Origin: Nitrosopumilus sp.
GTDB lineage: Archaea > Thermoproteota > Nitrososphaeria > Nitrososphaerales > Nitrosopumilaceae
Assembly (NCBI GenBank): GCA_965214775.1
Contig: OZ243974.1
Coordinates: 2,358,632-2,390,631, forward strand
Direction: 5' to 3'
DNA: 32,000 nucleotides
In this document: piece by piece, positions 31,191 through 32,000 of the stretch
How positions within the stretch are numbered: the stretch's first letter is position 1
Layout of the letters: each line of letters begins with the position of its first letter
Notes under the pieces: generated by a model
Told to the model about the DNA's origin: nothing
What the model saw: the letters and a program-made list of their open reading frames with translations, nothing else
Database searches by the model: none
Translations under genes and position numbers: made by a program

Positions 31191-32000
31191 TTGGACGTAT
31201 ATGCAAAACTGCATACATATGCAAGATTGGATAGTGTGCGACAGGGCATTCCGTTTGTTGTAGGCAAACCGGTTACCGGCAAGTATTTCATCGGCAGAAA
31301 GGAGGAATTGAAAAAGATCACCGTGCTACTGTATGGAAATGCGATAAACAACATTGCATTGTTGGCGCAAAGACGAACCGGCAAGTCATCAATTCTCTAT
31401 AACCTAAAAGAGAGATACAGGCAAGATCCACGTCCTGTTTGATGCCTACGGCATATCCGCAAAGGAACGATTTGCAAAATCATACATCAACTCCATCCGA
31501 CATTGCTACAGAGAACACAGGCGACAAGACATACAATAAAAGAATCAAAGAATCACTTGTTGAGGGCGCAAACGTACTAACAGGCAAAATAAGCGACATC
31601 GGAATATCCGTGTCTGAATTTGTGAAATTTCAAGTAACGGTTAACAAAAAAGAAGCAGATCCTGATGAATTGCTGGAAGACGCGCTGAACTATGCAGAGA
31701 CACTTGCAAAAGAAAAGGGCGTCTCGCTGGTAATCATGATTGATGAGTTTCAGGAGCTGTTAAAATGGGGGGATGGCTTTTTGAGAACGTTCAGGAAAAC
31801 CATGCAGTCTCAACAAAGGGTGTCTTTTGTCTTGTCTGGTTCGGCGCCCACTGCAATGCGCAGGCTGGTGTATGATTCAAAATCACCGCTGTACAGGCAG
31901 CTGGCAGATATACGATTGAGCAGACTGCCAAAAAGGGACGTGATCATGTTTGTCAAAAGGAGGTTTGCCGCAGCAAAGATTGGGGTTGATGACAGCGTGC
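31191..32000 (+). pseudogene. Arch_ATPase (PF01637-like) AAA ATPase with two frameshifts, 3' end outside window
   Basis: Frame A: FIGRKEELKKI...LLAQRRTGKSSILYNL (Walker A), stop at 31442. Frame B: HVLFDAYGISAKERFAKSYINSI. Frame C to the window end: ..VSLVIMIDEFQELL (Walker B)..VSFVLSGSAP..PLYRQ. Confidence 0.7.

Noticed and set aside
1-32000. tRNA, rRNA or other structured RNA genes.
   Set aside because: Reading both strands by eye, I found no cloverleaf-compatible segment, no rRNA-like region and no convincing C/D-box pair. This is a weak negative, and tRNAscan/Infernal should be run.

Overview
The window looks archaeal: AT-rich TATA-like boxes sit about 25-30 nt upstream of start codons, there is an Arch_ATPase-type gene, and one secreted protein has a thaumarchaeal-style N-terminal module. 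It is probably from an ammonia-oxidising Nitrososphaerota (Thaumarchaeota) chromosome, but that taxonomic call is inference only. Positions 1-6.7 kb are AT-rich housekeeping DNA: the purF 3' end, purC, and DUF427, DCC-family, ArsR-type and PPOX-family genes. This part carries one apparently intact IS481-like element flanked by a 17-bp direct repeat. From about 7 kb to the window end lies a mosaic accessory island. It holds three Doc/Fic-like genes with tiny overlapping partner ORFs, and two of the three lack the catalytic His. It also holds an intact RelBE pair, a decayed RelE beside an intact antitoxin, HicB with a frameshifted HicA, an intact AbiEi/AbiEii pair plus a second AbiEii fragment, and a ParA-like ATPase with a HeH/SAP-like partner. 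Further contents are a divergent pair of winged-helix genes around a shared repeat-flanked promoter, a twice-copied zinc-ribbon cassette, a broken SAM methyltransferase and an Mrr-like fragment. A same-strand block encodes an unknown Cys/His-rich protein (with a truncated paralogue 5 kb away), a secreted SNase-like nuclease and an 883-aa Zn-ribbon/DEAH-helicase/DUF1998 protein. The modules are separated by decayed transposase genes (IS66-, IS630-, DDE_Tnp_4-, IS4/ISH3- and IS110-like) and about 20 copies of at least five MITE families. Several MITE copies have clear target-site duplications, nested insertions, or a filled/empty site pair inside the window. A 24-bp palindrome recurs at module junctions with mosaic flanks. 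Many genes carry frameshifts, several at homopolymers, so real decay cannot be separated from homopolymer sequencing error without reads. No rRNA, tRNA or CRISPR array was seen.
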